Position numbers and translations under genes: made by a program. Below, piece by piece: positions 43,184 to 51,561 of a DNA stretch of 64,000 nt. Where the stretch lies: NCBI GenBank assembly GCA_963847705.1, contig CAWKBC010000030.1:192001-256000 (forward strand), given 5' to 3'. A model generated the notes under the pieces. The model ran no database searches. It worked only from the letters and a program-made list of their open reading frames with translations, and was not told the origin of the DNA. Each line of letters starts with the position of its first letter. Position 1 is the stretch's first letter. The DNA is from an uncultured Pseudomonadota bacterium (lineage in GTDB: Bacteria > Myxococcota_A > Polyangia > Fen-1088).

Positions 43184-44260
43184 TTACGGAGGTTCGGTTC
43201 CTGTGACTTTCCCGGCGATCGTGGAGGCCGAAAGGGACGCGGGCGCGGGCAAAACCACCGGCTTCGCGTCGGCGGTCGCTGCGCGTTCGTTGCAGACACA
43301 GGCCGGGCAGGTCGGCGCCGGTCGTGCGGCGAGCTCCCTGACCGAACCGGCCAGGGTCGCCAAGGCGGCGCTGGTCTCGATCAGCCTGTTGTCGGCGGCG
43401 GCGAGCTTCTCGTTCGTGGTCGCCACCCGTCCGTCCACCTCGCCGAGTACGCCAGCGAGGGCATGCACGTCGGCGGGGAGCTCCTTCATGCTCCCGACCG
43501 CGGTCTCGAGCCCGCTGAGCCCACGGGAGATCGACTGGGCTTCGGTGCTGAGCGCCAGCGTGGTCTCCTCCGAGCGCTGGAGACGCCCCGTGATCACCCG
43601 CCGCTCACGTCCGACGGCGTCGTCCATGTGGTTGATGATGTCCGAGGCCTTGGCCTGTTCGGCCGGCGGCAGCTTGTCGATGAGCTGCCGGATGGCGCCG
43701 GCGGTGTCGTGGATCGACGACAGGTTCTGGCGCTGGTCGTCGAGCGCCTGCTTCTCCTCGGCTGTCCGCAGCGCCAGGTGACAGAACTGCAGCGCGCCGA
43801 GGGCCCGCTCGCTGGAGCGCTTGTCGGCGTCGCAATAGATATAGAAGCTGCCGGCGGCGATCAGCATCCCGACGCTGCCGGCGAGGAGCGCGAAGTAACG
43901 CACCGGATGCGAGCGATAGCGATCGACGACGCCATGCAACCGTTCGCCCATCCCGCGCGCGTCGCGCCTCGCGGAGAAGAGCATGATGAGCCGCTCGACG
44001 TAGCCGATCCCCCCCAGCGAGACGATGGCCACCGTGATCGCCACCAGCCAGGGCTGGCGATGCGCGATGCGGTGCTGAACCGCGGCCTCCCGCGCCTCGA
44101 CGCGTGGCAGATCGGCGGCCTGTCCGTCGAGCGTGCATCCCCCCTGGTTGAACCTCACCTCGCCGGGGCCGCCGCAGCCCGATGTGATGGCGATCAACGC
44201 GCCGCCGAGGAGGAGCCTGAGCGCGGCGTTCGTTCCGGATCTGCTCGGAGGGCAGCTCAT
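43184..44260 (-). CDS. Hypothetical membrane protein with long coiled coil
   Basis: Signal/lipobox TSGC, two further TMs, heptad-rich region, CPACVC near the C-terminus. Confidence 0.7.
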   Translation of the reverse strand: MSCPPSRSGTNAALRLLLGGALIAITSGCGGPGEVRFNQGGCTLDGQAADLPRVEAREAAVQHRIAHRQPWLVAITVAIVSLGGIGYVERLIMLFSARRDARGMGERLHGVVDRYRSHPVRYFALLAGSVGMLIAAGSFYIYCDADKRSSERALGALQFCHLALRTAEEKQALDDQRQNLSSIHDTAGAIRQLIDKLPPAEQAKASDIINHMDDAVGRERRVITGRLQRSEETTLALSTEAQSISRGLSGLETAVGSMKELPADVHALAGVLGEVDGRVATTNEKLAAADNRLIETSAALATLAGSVRELAARPAPTCPACVCNERAATADAKPVVLPAPASLSASTIAGKVTGTEPP

Positions 44261-44455
44261 GAGTCTCTTGGAGACCCATCTTGCAGGGAACGTTCCGGCG
44301 GAAGCAGCCCGCGCGCGCCGGTGGCGGGGGGGCCCGCCGTTCGCAAAATCACCGCCCGGCGCAGCGCACGATCAGATTTTGTTCGGGCGCCGAGACCGGT
44401 TGCGCGCCGCCGCCCGGGCGCCAGCCCGGCACGCCGATTGCGTTTGCGGCCTCAC

Positions 44456-44956
44456 ATGTCGACCTGTCGAACGATCCGAAGCCATGCGCCGCTCGTCGTT
44501 GTCGGGGCGCTGCTCGCTGCGGGGTGCGCGCCCGAGGTGCTGGCGATGCGCGTCGGGAACCCTGCGCGCGGCGGGGACGTCGCCGGCGCGATGCAATCGT
44601 ACGAGCTCCCGCCGTACCGGCAAGATCACAGCTACGAGGCGACGCTGGAGACCTGGTCGCCTTCGTCGTTGATGTTCCGGATCCATCTGGTCAACGCGGA
44701 CCGCTGCGGCCTGCCCTCGAGCTACTCCTTCGAGCTGGTCGACGATTGCGGGCGCCGTTACCCGTTCCAGCCTGCCGGCGGGGTCCAGGAGACCACCAAG
44801 CGGGGGCACCTGGGCGCCACGCTGCACGACGACTCGGTCGAGGGGGCTTTCGCCGTTCCGGTCGCTGCCGACACCCGGTTCGTGGTGCTGCAGATCCGTC
44901 CGGTCGCCGATCGTGGCTGCACGGCCGTCGACTTCCGCTGGGATTTCCAGGCTTAG
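44456..44956 (+). CDS. Hypothetical lipoprotein
   Basis: Lipobox AAGC; beta-rich mature part; ATG at 44456. Confidence 0.65.
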   Translation: MSTCRTIRSHAPLVVVGALLAAGCAPEVLAMRVGNPARGGDVAGAMQSYELPPYRQDHSYEATLETWSPSSLMFRIHLVNADRCGLPSSYSFELVDDCGRRYPFQPAGGVQETTKRGHLGATLHDDSVEGAFAVPVAADTRFVVLQIRPVADRGCTAVDFRWDFQA

Positions 44957-44970
44957 TTGACGATGACCAG

Positions 44971-45645
44971 CTACGCGCGGGGGGATCCCAGGAATGCGAC
45001 CCCGCGCTCCGTCCGGGTCGGAGCCTCGGGGAAGTGGGCGCGCGCGGCTCCAGCGTAGAGCTCGAGCATGGCGGGGCTGGAGAGCACGAAGCGCACCGCC
45101 AGCGGGGCCGCGTGCGCGCGAAGCTCGGCCACGACGGCTCCGACGGCGATCTTGGCCGCCAGCGCCGGGGGATAGCGATGGATGCCGGTCGCGATTGCCG
45201 GAAACGAAATCGAGGCCAGGCGGTGCTCTCGCGCCAGCCGGAGCGCCTCGGTGTGGGCCGACGCCAGGTTCTTGGCCGCTGCAACCGCGTCGTCGGCGTA
45301 GACGGGCGGGTCGACGTGGATCACCCGGCCCGCGGCCAGGTCGAACCCGGGTGTCGAGATCGCGTGTCCCGGGGAGAGCTTGCCGGTCGGAAGCTTCGAC
45401 GCGCTCTGGTGAAATGCCTCCAGCAGCTCCGGTCCGGCGGCGCGCCGGATGGAGAGATCGACCAGGCCCGCACCGGCCGGGTTGACGATCGCGTCCGACT
45501 GTTCACGCGTCAGGTCTCCCACCACGAACTCCAGCACCGGACCGCGTCCCGCACGGGTGCGGGCGCCCTCGATGAAAGCGCCCGAGCGGACGGTCGTCTG
45601 GAGGAAGGGCGGAAGATAGTCCGAGCTGAAGGCGGTTGCGCTCAC
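44971..45645 (-). CDS. Divergent macrodomain protein
   Basis: GDLT...DAIVN, RAAGPEL, VIH, SISFPAIATGI; AAGGAG RBS before GTG 45645. Confidence 0.85.
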   Translation of the reverse strand: MSATAFSSDYLPPFLQTTVRSGAFIEGARTRAGRGPVLEFVVGDLTREQSDAIVNPAGAGLVDLSIRRAAGPELLEAFHQSASKLPTGKLSPGHAISTPGFDLAAGRVIHVDPPVYADDAVAAAKNLASAHTEALRLAREHRLASISFPAIATGIHRYPPALAAKIAVGAVVAELRAHAAPLAVRFVLSSPAMLELYAGAARAHFPEAPTRTERGVAFLGSPRA

Positions 45646-45749
45646 GTTGGTCTCCTTGTGTAGTTTTCTACTATAATAGACACGTCGATGCAATAGCGAA
45701 TATCGGCCGCAGGCCCGTTTGGGTCCGATGAGTGCGGCATTTCACCGCC

Positions 45750-45890
45750 TCACCCTCTATGTGTGCTCCGGGGCCGCGGCCACGGGCCGGGGGTGCGCCC
45801 GGTCGTCAGCACTCGGACGGGTGTCTTGAGTGAAAGACAGATGATCTCTCGGGCGGGCCCGGACCAGGGCTGGCCGGGCGCGGGTGGGGT
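45750..45890 (+). ncRNA. Candidate structured RNA (long hairpin with nested pseudoknot)
   Basis: Pairings GGTCGTC/GATGATC, CACTCGG/TTGAGTG, TGTC/GACA, CGCCCG/CGGGCG, CCGGG/CCCGG; G-U pairs favour the + strand. Confidence 0.3.
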
Positions 45891-45898
45891 CGACGCCG

Positions 45899-45915
45899 CT
45901 TCACACTTCTTCACA
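45899..45915 (+). promoter_or_regulatory. Tandem direct repeat, likely OmpR-family binding site
   Basis: CTTCACA-CTT-CTTCACA (10-bp period) upstream of the CpxP-like/regulator/kinase operon. Confidence 0.55.
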
Positions 45916-45998
45916 GAGGCCCGTGAACGTTCTTAACGGGCGGTGCGTACGGTTGTCTCCGCGGGGCAACGAAGCCCCGCACCAACAAGGAGACGACA

Positions 45999-46622
45999 AT
46001 GATTGGATGCTTGATTTTCGGGAGCCTGGCGGCCATGGGCATTGCCCGGGCGATTCATTTCCGGCGCTTTTACGGGGGCTGCCATGGGGGTGGCTACGGG
46101 GGCGGCTGGCACGGACACCGGCACTGGCATGGCTGGCACGGCGGCGGGCCCGAACCGCGCGAAGGATGGGGCGGGTTCGACCACGAGGACCACGGCGATT
46201 TCCGTTCGCCCTTCGCCGACGCCGACTTTCGCGGCCTGGGCGGCTTCGGGCCGGGGCGCTCCGGGGGCGGTAAGCGGTTCATCGTTCGCCGGATCCTGGA
46301 GCACGTCCGGGCCACCCCGGCGCAGGAGCGGGTCATCAGCGCGGCGGCCGAGGAGTTCCGCGAGGAGCTGAAGAAGAACGTGGGCGGCGAGGGGCGTCGC
46401 ACCCGCAAGGAGATCGTGGAGGCGCTGCGCCGCAGCACCTTCGACGGCGTGCTGCTCGGCGAGCAGTTCGCGCGCCACGACACGATCTTGGAGAACGGCC
46501 GCAAGTCCTTCGTCGGCCTGATCGCCAAGATTCACGACGCGCTCGAGCCGGAGCAGCGCGAGCGGCTGGCCGACCTCGTCGAGAGGGGCCCGCGCCTCGG
46601 TTGGATGCGCGGGGGCTGGTAA
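45999..46622 (+). CDS. Spy/CpxP-like (heavy-metal sensor type) protein with Gly/His-rich region
   Basis: AAGGAG RBS; ATPAQ and LEPEQR LTxxQ-like motifs; precedes a two-component pair. Confidence 0.75.
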   Translation: MIGCLIFGSLAAMGIARAIHFRRFYGGCHGGGYGGGWHGHRHWHGWHGGGPEPREGWGGFDHEDHGDFRSPFADADFRGLGGFGPGRSGGGKRFIVRRILEHVRATPAQERVISAAAEEFREELKKNVGGEGRRTRKEIVEALRRSTFDGVLLGEQFARHDTILENGRKSFVGLIAKIHDALEPEQRERLADLVERGPRLGWMRGGW

Positions 46623-46650
46623 TCCCGCAACACTGGTAAGATCGACGGCT

Positions 46651-47358
46651 GTGGCGTTGCGGGTCCTTTGCATCGACGACGACGTCCGCCTGTACGAGCT
46701 GCTGGCGGCCTACCTCGAGCCGAATGGCGTGACGCTGGTGCACGCCGCCGACGGCGCGAAGGGGCTGGCGGCGCTCGGGGCGGACGTCTTCGATGCGGTG
46801 CTGCTCGACGTGATGATGCCGGGGATGGACGGCCTGGCGGTCTGCCGGCGGATCCGCGAGACCAGCCGAGTGCCGATCATCATGCTGACCGCGCGCGGCG
46901 ACGAGGCGGATCGGGTGGTGGGGCTCGAGCTCGGGGCTGACGATTACGTCCCCAAGCCGTTCTCCCCGCGCGAGCTCCTGGCCCGTCTGCGGGCGGTGAT
47001 GCGGCGAGCGCAACCGGCGGCCAGCGGCGCCGAGATCGTCGTCGGCCGCGTGGCGATCGACGTCGCCGCCCGGCAGGTGCGCGTCGGCGCGCAACTGGCC
47101 GACCTGACCGGGCTCGAGTTCGACATCCTGGTGGCGCTGGCGCGGCGCCCGGGGCGGGTGGTCCCGCGCGAGACGCTGCTCGGCGAGGCGGGGCGCCAGG
47201 ACGTCACGGTGAACGATCGCACCGTCGACGTTCACGTCTCGCACCTGCGGCGAAAGCTGGGCGACGACCCGAAGACGCCACGCCTCATCAAGACGGTGCG
47301 CGGCGTCGGCTACGTCCTGTCGCCCGAGGCGGCGCGCGACGCGGGCGGTGGCGCATGA
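46651..47358 (+). CDS. OmpR-family response regulator
   Basis: LDVMMPGMDG, GADDYVPKPF, RTVDVHVSHLRRK, TVRGVGY. Confidence 0.96.
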   Translation: MALRVLCIDDDVRLYELLAAYLEPNGVTLVHAADGAKGLAALGADVFDAVLLDVMMPGMDGLAVCRRIRETSRVPIIMLTARGDEADRVVGLELGADDYVPKPFSPRELLARLRAVMRRAQPAASGAEIVVGRVAIDVAARQVRVGAQLADLTGLEFDILVALARRPGRVVPRETLLGEAGRQDVTVNDRTVDVHVSHLRRKLGDDPKTPRLIKTVRGVGYVLSPEAARDAGGGA

Positions 47359-48617
47359 GGCACCGGGGCCGTCCCCCTGGCGCTGGCGGCGGCCCAGGCT
47401 GGCCCCCTTGGCGCGGTCCCTGGGGCTTCTGGGCCGGGCTCGATCCCGCGGCGCGCGAGCGGATCGTGGGCGAGATCCGGAACGCCTACGGCCAGCGTTT
47501 CGGCCGCCGGCATCCCTGGGACCGGGTTTTTCACGAAGCGGTCGGGCGCCGCCCGGGCTGGCACCACCGCATCCGCTGGGAGCTGCGGCTGCACTACGGC
47601 GCGCACCTGCACCGGCGGCTCTTCCTCTGGTTCGGGGCCACGATCTTTCTCGCCGTGGTGGCGACCGCGGTGGCGGCGCACGTGGGACACGGCTGGCTGG
47701 CGGCCCACCCGCTGCGCGCAGTCCTGCTGTTCGGGGTGCCGGCGGTGACGCTCTGGACCGCGACCGGGCGGGTGGCCCGGCGGATCGCGCAACCGCTCTA
47801 CGAGCTGACCCGCGCGGCGCAGGAGCTGGGGGGCGGCAACCTCAAGGCGCGCGTCTCCGCGGCGGGGTTCGGGTTCGACGAGACGGCGGTCTTGTCTTCC
47901 GCCTTCAACGACATGGCGGCCCGGCTCGAGCGCCAGCTGGCCGAGGAGCGCGAGCTCCTGGCCTCGGTCTCGCACGAGCTCCGCACGCCGCTGGCGCGGA
48001 TCCGGCTGCTGGTGGAGATCGGCCGGCAGGCGCGCGACGGCCAGGGGGGAGGGCCAGGGCAGGGAGGCGATCCGCGGACCCTCGACGAGATCGAGCGCGA
48101 GGCGATCGAGATCGACGCGCTCGTGGGTGAGCTCCTGGCCAGCGCGCGGATCGAATTCCAGGCGGTGACGCCAAAGCCGCTCGACGCGGTCGAGGTCGCG
48201 CGCCGGGCGCTCGAGCGCGCCGGCGAGGACGCCGCCAAGCTGGTCTCGGCGCCGCCGCCGATCCCCTTCGCCGCCGATCCGACGCTGATCGGGCGCGCGC
48301 TCGCCAACCTGATCGACAACGCGCGCAAGCACGGCAGCGGGCTCGTCCGGCTGGCGGTGCACGCCGACGCCGCCGGCGTCACGTTCGAGGTCGTCGATCG
48401 GGGACGTGGCTTCGCGCCCGGCGATGAGAGCCGTGTGTTCGAACGCTTTTACCGCGGGGCCGATCCCGACGCTGGCTCGCACGGATCGCTCGGTCTGGGG
48501 TTGGCCCTGGTCAAACGCATCGCCGACGCCCACGGCGGCCGCGTTCACGCGGCCAACGAGCCGGGGGGCGGCGCCCGCGTGGTCCTCCAGCTCCCGCTCT
48601 CGCCGGCGCGGGCTTAG
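47355..48617 (+). CDS. HAMP sensor histidine kinase
   Basis: SHELRTPL, NARKH, DRGRG, GLGLALV; ATGA overlap with the regulator. Confidence 0.95.
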   Translation: MRHRGRPPGAGGGPGWPPWRGPWGFWAGLDPAARERIVGEIRNAYGQRFGRRHPWDRVFHEAVGRRPGWHHRIRWELRLHYGAHLHRRLFLWFGATIFLAVVATAVAAHVGHGWLAAHPLRAVLLFGVPAVTLWTATGRVARRIAQPLYELTRAAQELGGGNLKARVSAAGFGFDETAVLSSAFNDMAARLERQLAEERELLASVSHELRTPLARIRLLVEIGRQARDGQGGGPGQGGDPRTLDEIEREAIEIDALVGELLASARIEFQAVTPKPLDAVEVARRALERAGEDAAKLVSAPPPIPFAADPTLIGRALANLIDNARKHGSGLVRLAVHADAAGVTFEVVDRGRGFAPGDESRVFERFYRGADPDAGSHGSLGLGLALVKRIADAHGGRVHAANEPGGGARVVLQLPLSPARA

Positions 48618-48732
48618 CCCCGGCTCAGCCCGCGACCGGGTGCGGATTCAAGCCGGCTGAGCCCGTTGGTCTCGGCTCGGGCGGCGCGACCGCCGACGGC
48701 GGGGGCTCGGCGGCAGCAGCGCGACTCGACTG

Positions 48733-48758
48733 AGATCCGCTTCGCCGTTTCGGGCGTA
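48733..48758 (+). promoter_or_regulatory. ECF11 (RpoE-ChrR type) autoregulatory promoter
   Basis: AGATCC-N15-GCGTA, close to the Rhodobacter sigmaE consensus TGATCC...GCGTA. Confidence 0.65.
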
Positions 48759-48781
48759 TCAAGGGCGAGGGGATCTCGCCC

Positions 48782-49426
48782 GTGGAAGCCGCACCGTCGC
48801 CGTCATGCCCCGCGCGCCCGCGCCGTTTCGACCGTGCTAGCGTCCACTGGTTGCAGCAGGGCCGTACAGACGAGGTGGACGACGTGGAGTGCATGGCGGC
48901 GATCGCCACGCGCGCCGATCGCGCCGCCTTCGCGCAGCTGTTCCGCCGCTACGCGCCGAAGGTCAAGGCGCACCTGCTGGCGCGCGGCGCCGCAACGGGT
49001 ACCGCCGACGAGCTGACGCAGGAGGTGATGCTGATCGTCTGGCGAAAGGCGGGGCTCTACGACGCCTCGCGCGGGAGCCTGGCGGCCTGGCTCTACACGA
49101 TCAGCCGGAACGCTCTCTTCAACACGACGCGCGGCGAGCGCCGCCGCAAAGAGGAATCGGTGATGGAGACGGCGTTTCCCGAGGCGGCGCCGGCCCCGAC
49201 CAGCGAGCAGGCGCTGCTGGCGGCCGAGCAGGGTCGGGCGCTCTCCGCCTCGCTGGCGCAGCTGCCGCCGGAGCAGCGCGAGATCCTGGAGGGGACCTAC
49301 TGGCGCGGACAGACACTGCAGGAGTGCGCCGAGGAGCGCCAGCTCCCGCTCGGCACGGTGAAGACGCGCGTGCGGCTGGCGCTCGAGCGGCTGCGCGGGC
49401 TCATGAAGATCAGGAGCACAGAATGA
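48782..49426 (+). CDS. rpoE: ECF sigma factor (RpoE, ECF11 group)
   Basis: AFAQLFRRYAPKVK, QEVMLIVWRKA, WLYTISRN, PLGTVKTRVRLA; followed by ChrR. Confidence 0.9.
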   Translation: MEAAPSPSCPARPRRFDRASVHWLQQGRTDEVDDVECMAAIATRADRAAFAQLFRRYAPKVKAHLLARGAATGTADELTQEVMLIVWRKAGLYDASRGSLAAWLYTISRNALFNTTRGERRRKEESVMETAFPEAAPAPTSEQALLAAEQGRALSASLAQLPPEQREILEGTYWRGQTLQECAEERQLPLGTVKTRVRLALERLRGLMKIRSTE

Positions 49427-50115
49427 CGCCGCCCGCCACCGGTCAGCTCTCTCTGCCGACCCACCACGTGCCGGAGCACGGTCTCGTCGAGTACGTGGCT
49501 GGCGCCGCCAGCGACGGCGCGGCGCTCGCCTTCGCCTGCCACGTTTCGCTCTGTGGAGCGTGCGCGGCCGAGGTGGCGGCGCTGGAAAACGTGGGCGGCT
49601 CCCTCTTGGAGGCGAGCCCGGGGCAGGAGCTCGCTCCGGGTGCGCTGGAGTCGGTCCTGGCCCGTCTGGAGACGACGCCGCAGCTCGCGGCGCCGGCAGC
49701 CGAGACCCTCGCCGTTCCGGCTTTTCTGGCCGGTTGCGATCTGCCGGCGCCGCTCTTGCGCGCGTTGCCGAGCACGCAGGGGTGGCGCACGGTCGTCCCG
49801 GGGATGCGGGTGGTCGATCTTCCCTTCGCCGTGCCGGGCGGCGCCGTCCGGCTGGTTCGCTTCAAGGGTGGGGTGACGATTCCGTTCCACGATCATGGAG
49901 GCCCCGAGTACATCGTGGTGTTCAGCGGGGCGCTCGAAGAGAAGAGCGACGGACTGCGGTTCGGGCGGGGCGACGTCTCGATCCGACTGCCCGGCGAGCG
50001 CCACGAGCAGCGCGCGACCCCCGGTGAGCCCTGCGTCGCCCTGGTGGTGAACGAGGGGGCCCTGCGACCCCTCACCCTGCGCGGGCGTCTGCTCCTGGCG
50101 ATTGCCCGCGATTGA
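49423..50115 (+). CDS. chrR: ChrR anti-sigma factor (Zn domain + cupin)
   Basis: HH...HVSLCGAC zinc motif; cupin HDHGGPE...H; ATG at 49423. Confidence 0.9.
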   Translation: MTPPATGQLSLPTHHVPEHGLVEYVAGAASDGAALAFACHVSLCGACAAEVAALENVGGSLLEASPGQELAPGALESVLARLETTPQLAAPAAETLAVPAFLAGCDLPAPLLRALPSTQGWRTVVPGMRVVDLPFAVPGGAVRLVRFKGGVTIPFHDHGGPEYIVVFSGALEEKSDGLRFGRGDVSIRLPGERHEQRATPGEPCVALVVNEGALRPLTLRGRLLLAIARD

Positions 50116-50144
50116 GGGTTTTCCCCAAGATTCGGAGCACCGAC

Positions 50145-50170
50145 AGATCCAATTGGCCATTCCGCACCTA
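50145..50170 (+). promoter_or_regulatory. Second ECF11-type promoter
   Basis: AGATCC-N15-ACCTA, same -35 and spacing as the rpoE promoter. Confidence 0.45.
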
Positions 50171-50213
50171 CCTTCGGGGTCATCTGTATTCCAAACAAAG
50201 CCTGGAGGGTGTG

Positions 50214-50831
50214 ATGAAGAGATCGATGGGATTCAACGGCGGCTGGTTGGTGGGCGCGCTGGCGGTGTCGCTGTTCGGCGCTTGTAGCTCGAGCTCGAAC
50301 AGCTCCGGAACTGGAGGTTCCGGGGGCGGCGCGACAGGCGGGACGGGCGGCGGGGGCGGGCTGGCTGCCGGTGGGGCGGGCGGTGCCGCCGGCGAGGGGG
50401 CGCTCTACGTGAAGTACGGCGCAGCGATCCCGAAGGTCGTCGACGACGCGGTGGCCGGCCTCACGGCCGACTGCGAGCTGGCGCCCTACTTCGCCGTGGT
50501 GGGGACGACCGGTCACGACTCGGTGGCGCGTCTCAAGAGCTGCCTGCGGCTCCAATTCACCGCGCTCTTTGGCGGCCCGGCCACCTATCCGGGCGTGAAC
50601 GACGAAGGGGACACCTGCGTCTCCATGACCGTCATTCACACGGGGCTGGAGATCCCGGCCGACAAGTTCGATCGCTTCGTGACCGACTTCGGCGCGGTGC
50701 TCAAGGCGGACGGCGTCGCGGACGCGGATATCACGACCATCGCCACCGCGGTCACGGGCCTGCAGCCGCAGATCGTCTCCAGCGCGCCGGTCGAGAAGAG
50801 CTCCTGCACCGACGCCGCGGTGGGGCAGTAA
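50214..50831 (+). CDS. Lipoprotein group I truncated hemoglobin
   Basis: Lipobox FGAC and Gly linker; LYVKYG, LAPYF, FGGPATY, proximal His in IHTGLEI. Confidence 0.8.
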   Translation: MKRSMGFNGGWLVGALAVSLFGACSSSSNSSGTGGSGGGATGGTGGGGGLAAGGAGGAAGEGALYVKYGAAIPKVVDDAVAGLTADCELAPYFAVVGTTGHDSVARLKSCLRLQFTALFGGPATYPGVNDEGDTCVSMTVIHTGLEIPADKFDRFVTDFGAVLKADGVADADITTIATAVTGLQPQIVSSAPVEKSSCTDAAVGQ

Positions 50832-50832
50832 C

Positions 50833-51561
50833 ATGACCGCCGCCGTCGGAGAAGCGCGGGTTCCGCCGCCCCCTCTCGGGCGGCGGCGTGTGGTGCGCGC
50901 GGTCGCCACGCTGGCCGGCCTGGCCGGCGCGTTCGTGGCCGTGATGGGATTTCTGCACACGCCCTACGGTCGCCCGCTGATGCGGCGCCTCGGAATGTCC
51001 TGTCCGGCGATGAAGGTTTCGCCGGCGGCGGCCGAGGCGGTGCGTCTGCGCGCCGTGGCTTCGTTGCGGACGGCGGTGTCGTCGCCCGCGCGTCCGGCGC
51101 TGGGGCAGGCGCTCGACGTCAGCCGCGCGATCGACGTGAACGCCTGGACCCACGCGCGCGGTCTCGCCTGCGTCGAGGAGATGCGCCCCTCGCACGCGAT
51201 CCGATGCGCTGGGTTGGTGGGGCAGCCGGCGCCTGACCCAAAGGCGCCGCCGGCCGAGCAGATCGTCTTCTCCTTCGCGCCGGACGGTCGGTTGGTCAGC
51301 GTCGATCGGTTGCGCAGCACGCTGACCGCGTCGGAGGCCTCGCGCCTTTTCTCGCTGGCCGCCGGCGAATTGACCGCCGCCCTCGGTCCCGGTGGTCAGA
51401 TGATCGGCGACGCAGACCCGGCCTATCTCGCCGGCGGCTCGATGCACACCGCGCGGCTGCAGTACCGCTACTCAGACTACCTGGCGACGATCACGGCCAT
51501 GAACATCTCCGGCCGCGTGGTGATGCACGAGCAGTACGAATCGGCGCGCGGGCCTATCTAA
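50833..51561 (+). CDS. Hypothetical membrane-anchored protein
   Basis: 1 bp after the globin stop; N-terminal TM. Confidence 0.7.
   Translation: MTAAVGEARVPPPPLGRRRVVRAVATLAGLAGAFVAVMGFLHTPYGRPLMRRLGMSCPAMKVSPAAAEAVRLRAVASLRTAVSSPARPALGQALDVSRAIDVNAWTHARGLACVEEMRPSHAIRCAGLVGQPAPDPKAPPAEQIVFSFAPDGRLVSVDRLRSTLTASEASRLFSLAAGELTAALGPGGQMIGDADPAYLAGGSMHTARLQYRYSDYLATITAMNISGRVVMHEQYESARGPI

Noticed and set aside
45737-45748. GCGGTGAAATGC on the minus strand, matching a 16S rRNA motif
   Set aside because: Only 12 nt with no flanking rRNA similarity.
45770-45810. CTGACGA hammerhead core on the minus strand
   Set aside because: No GAAA directly after stem II and no stem I/III arrangement.
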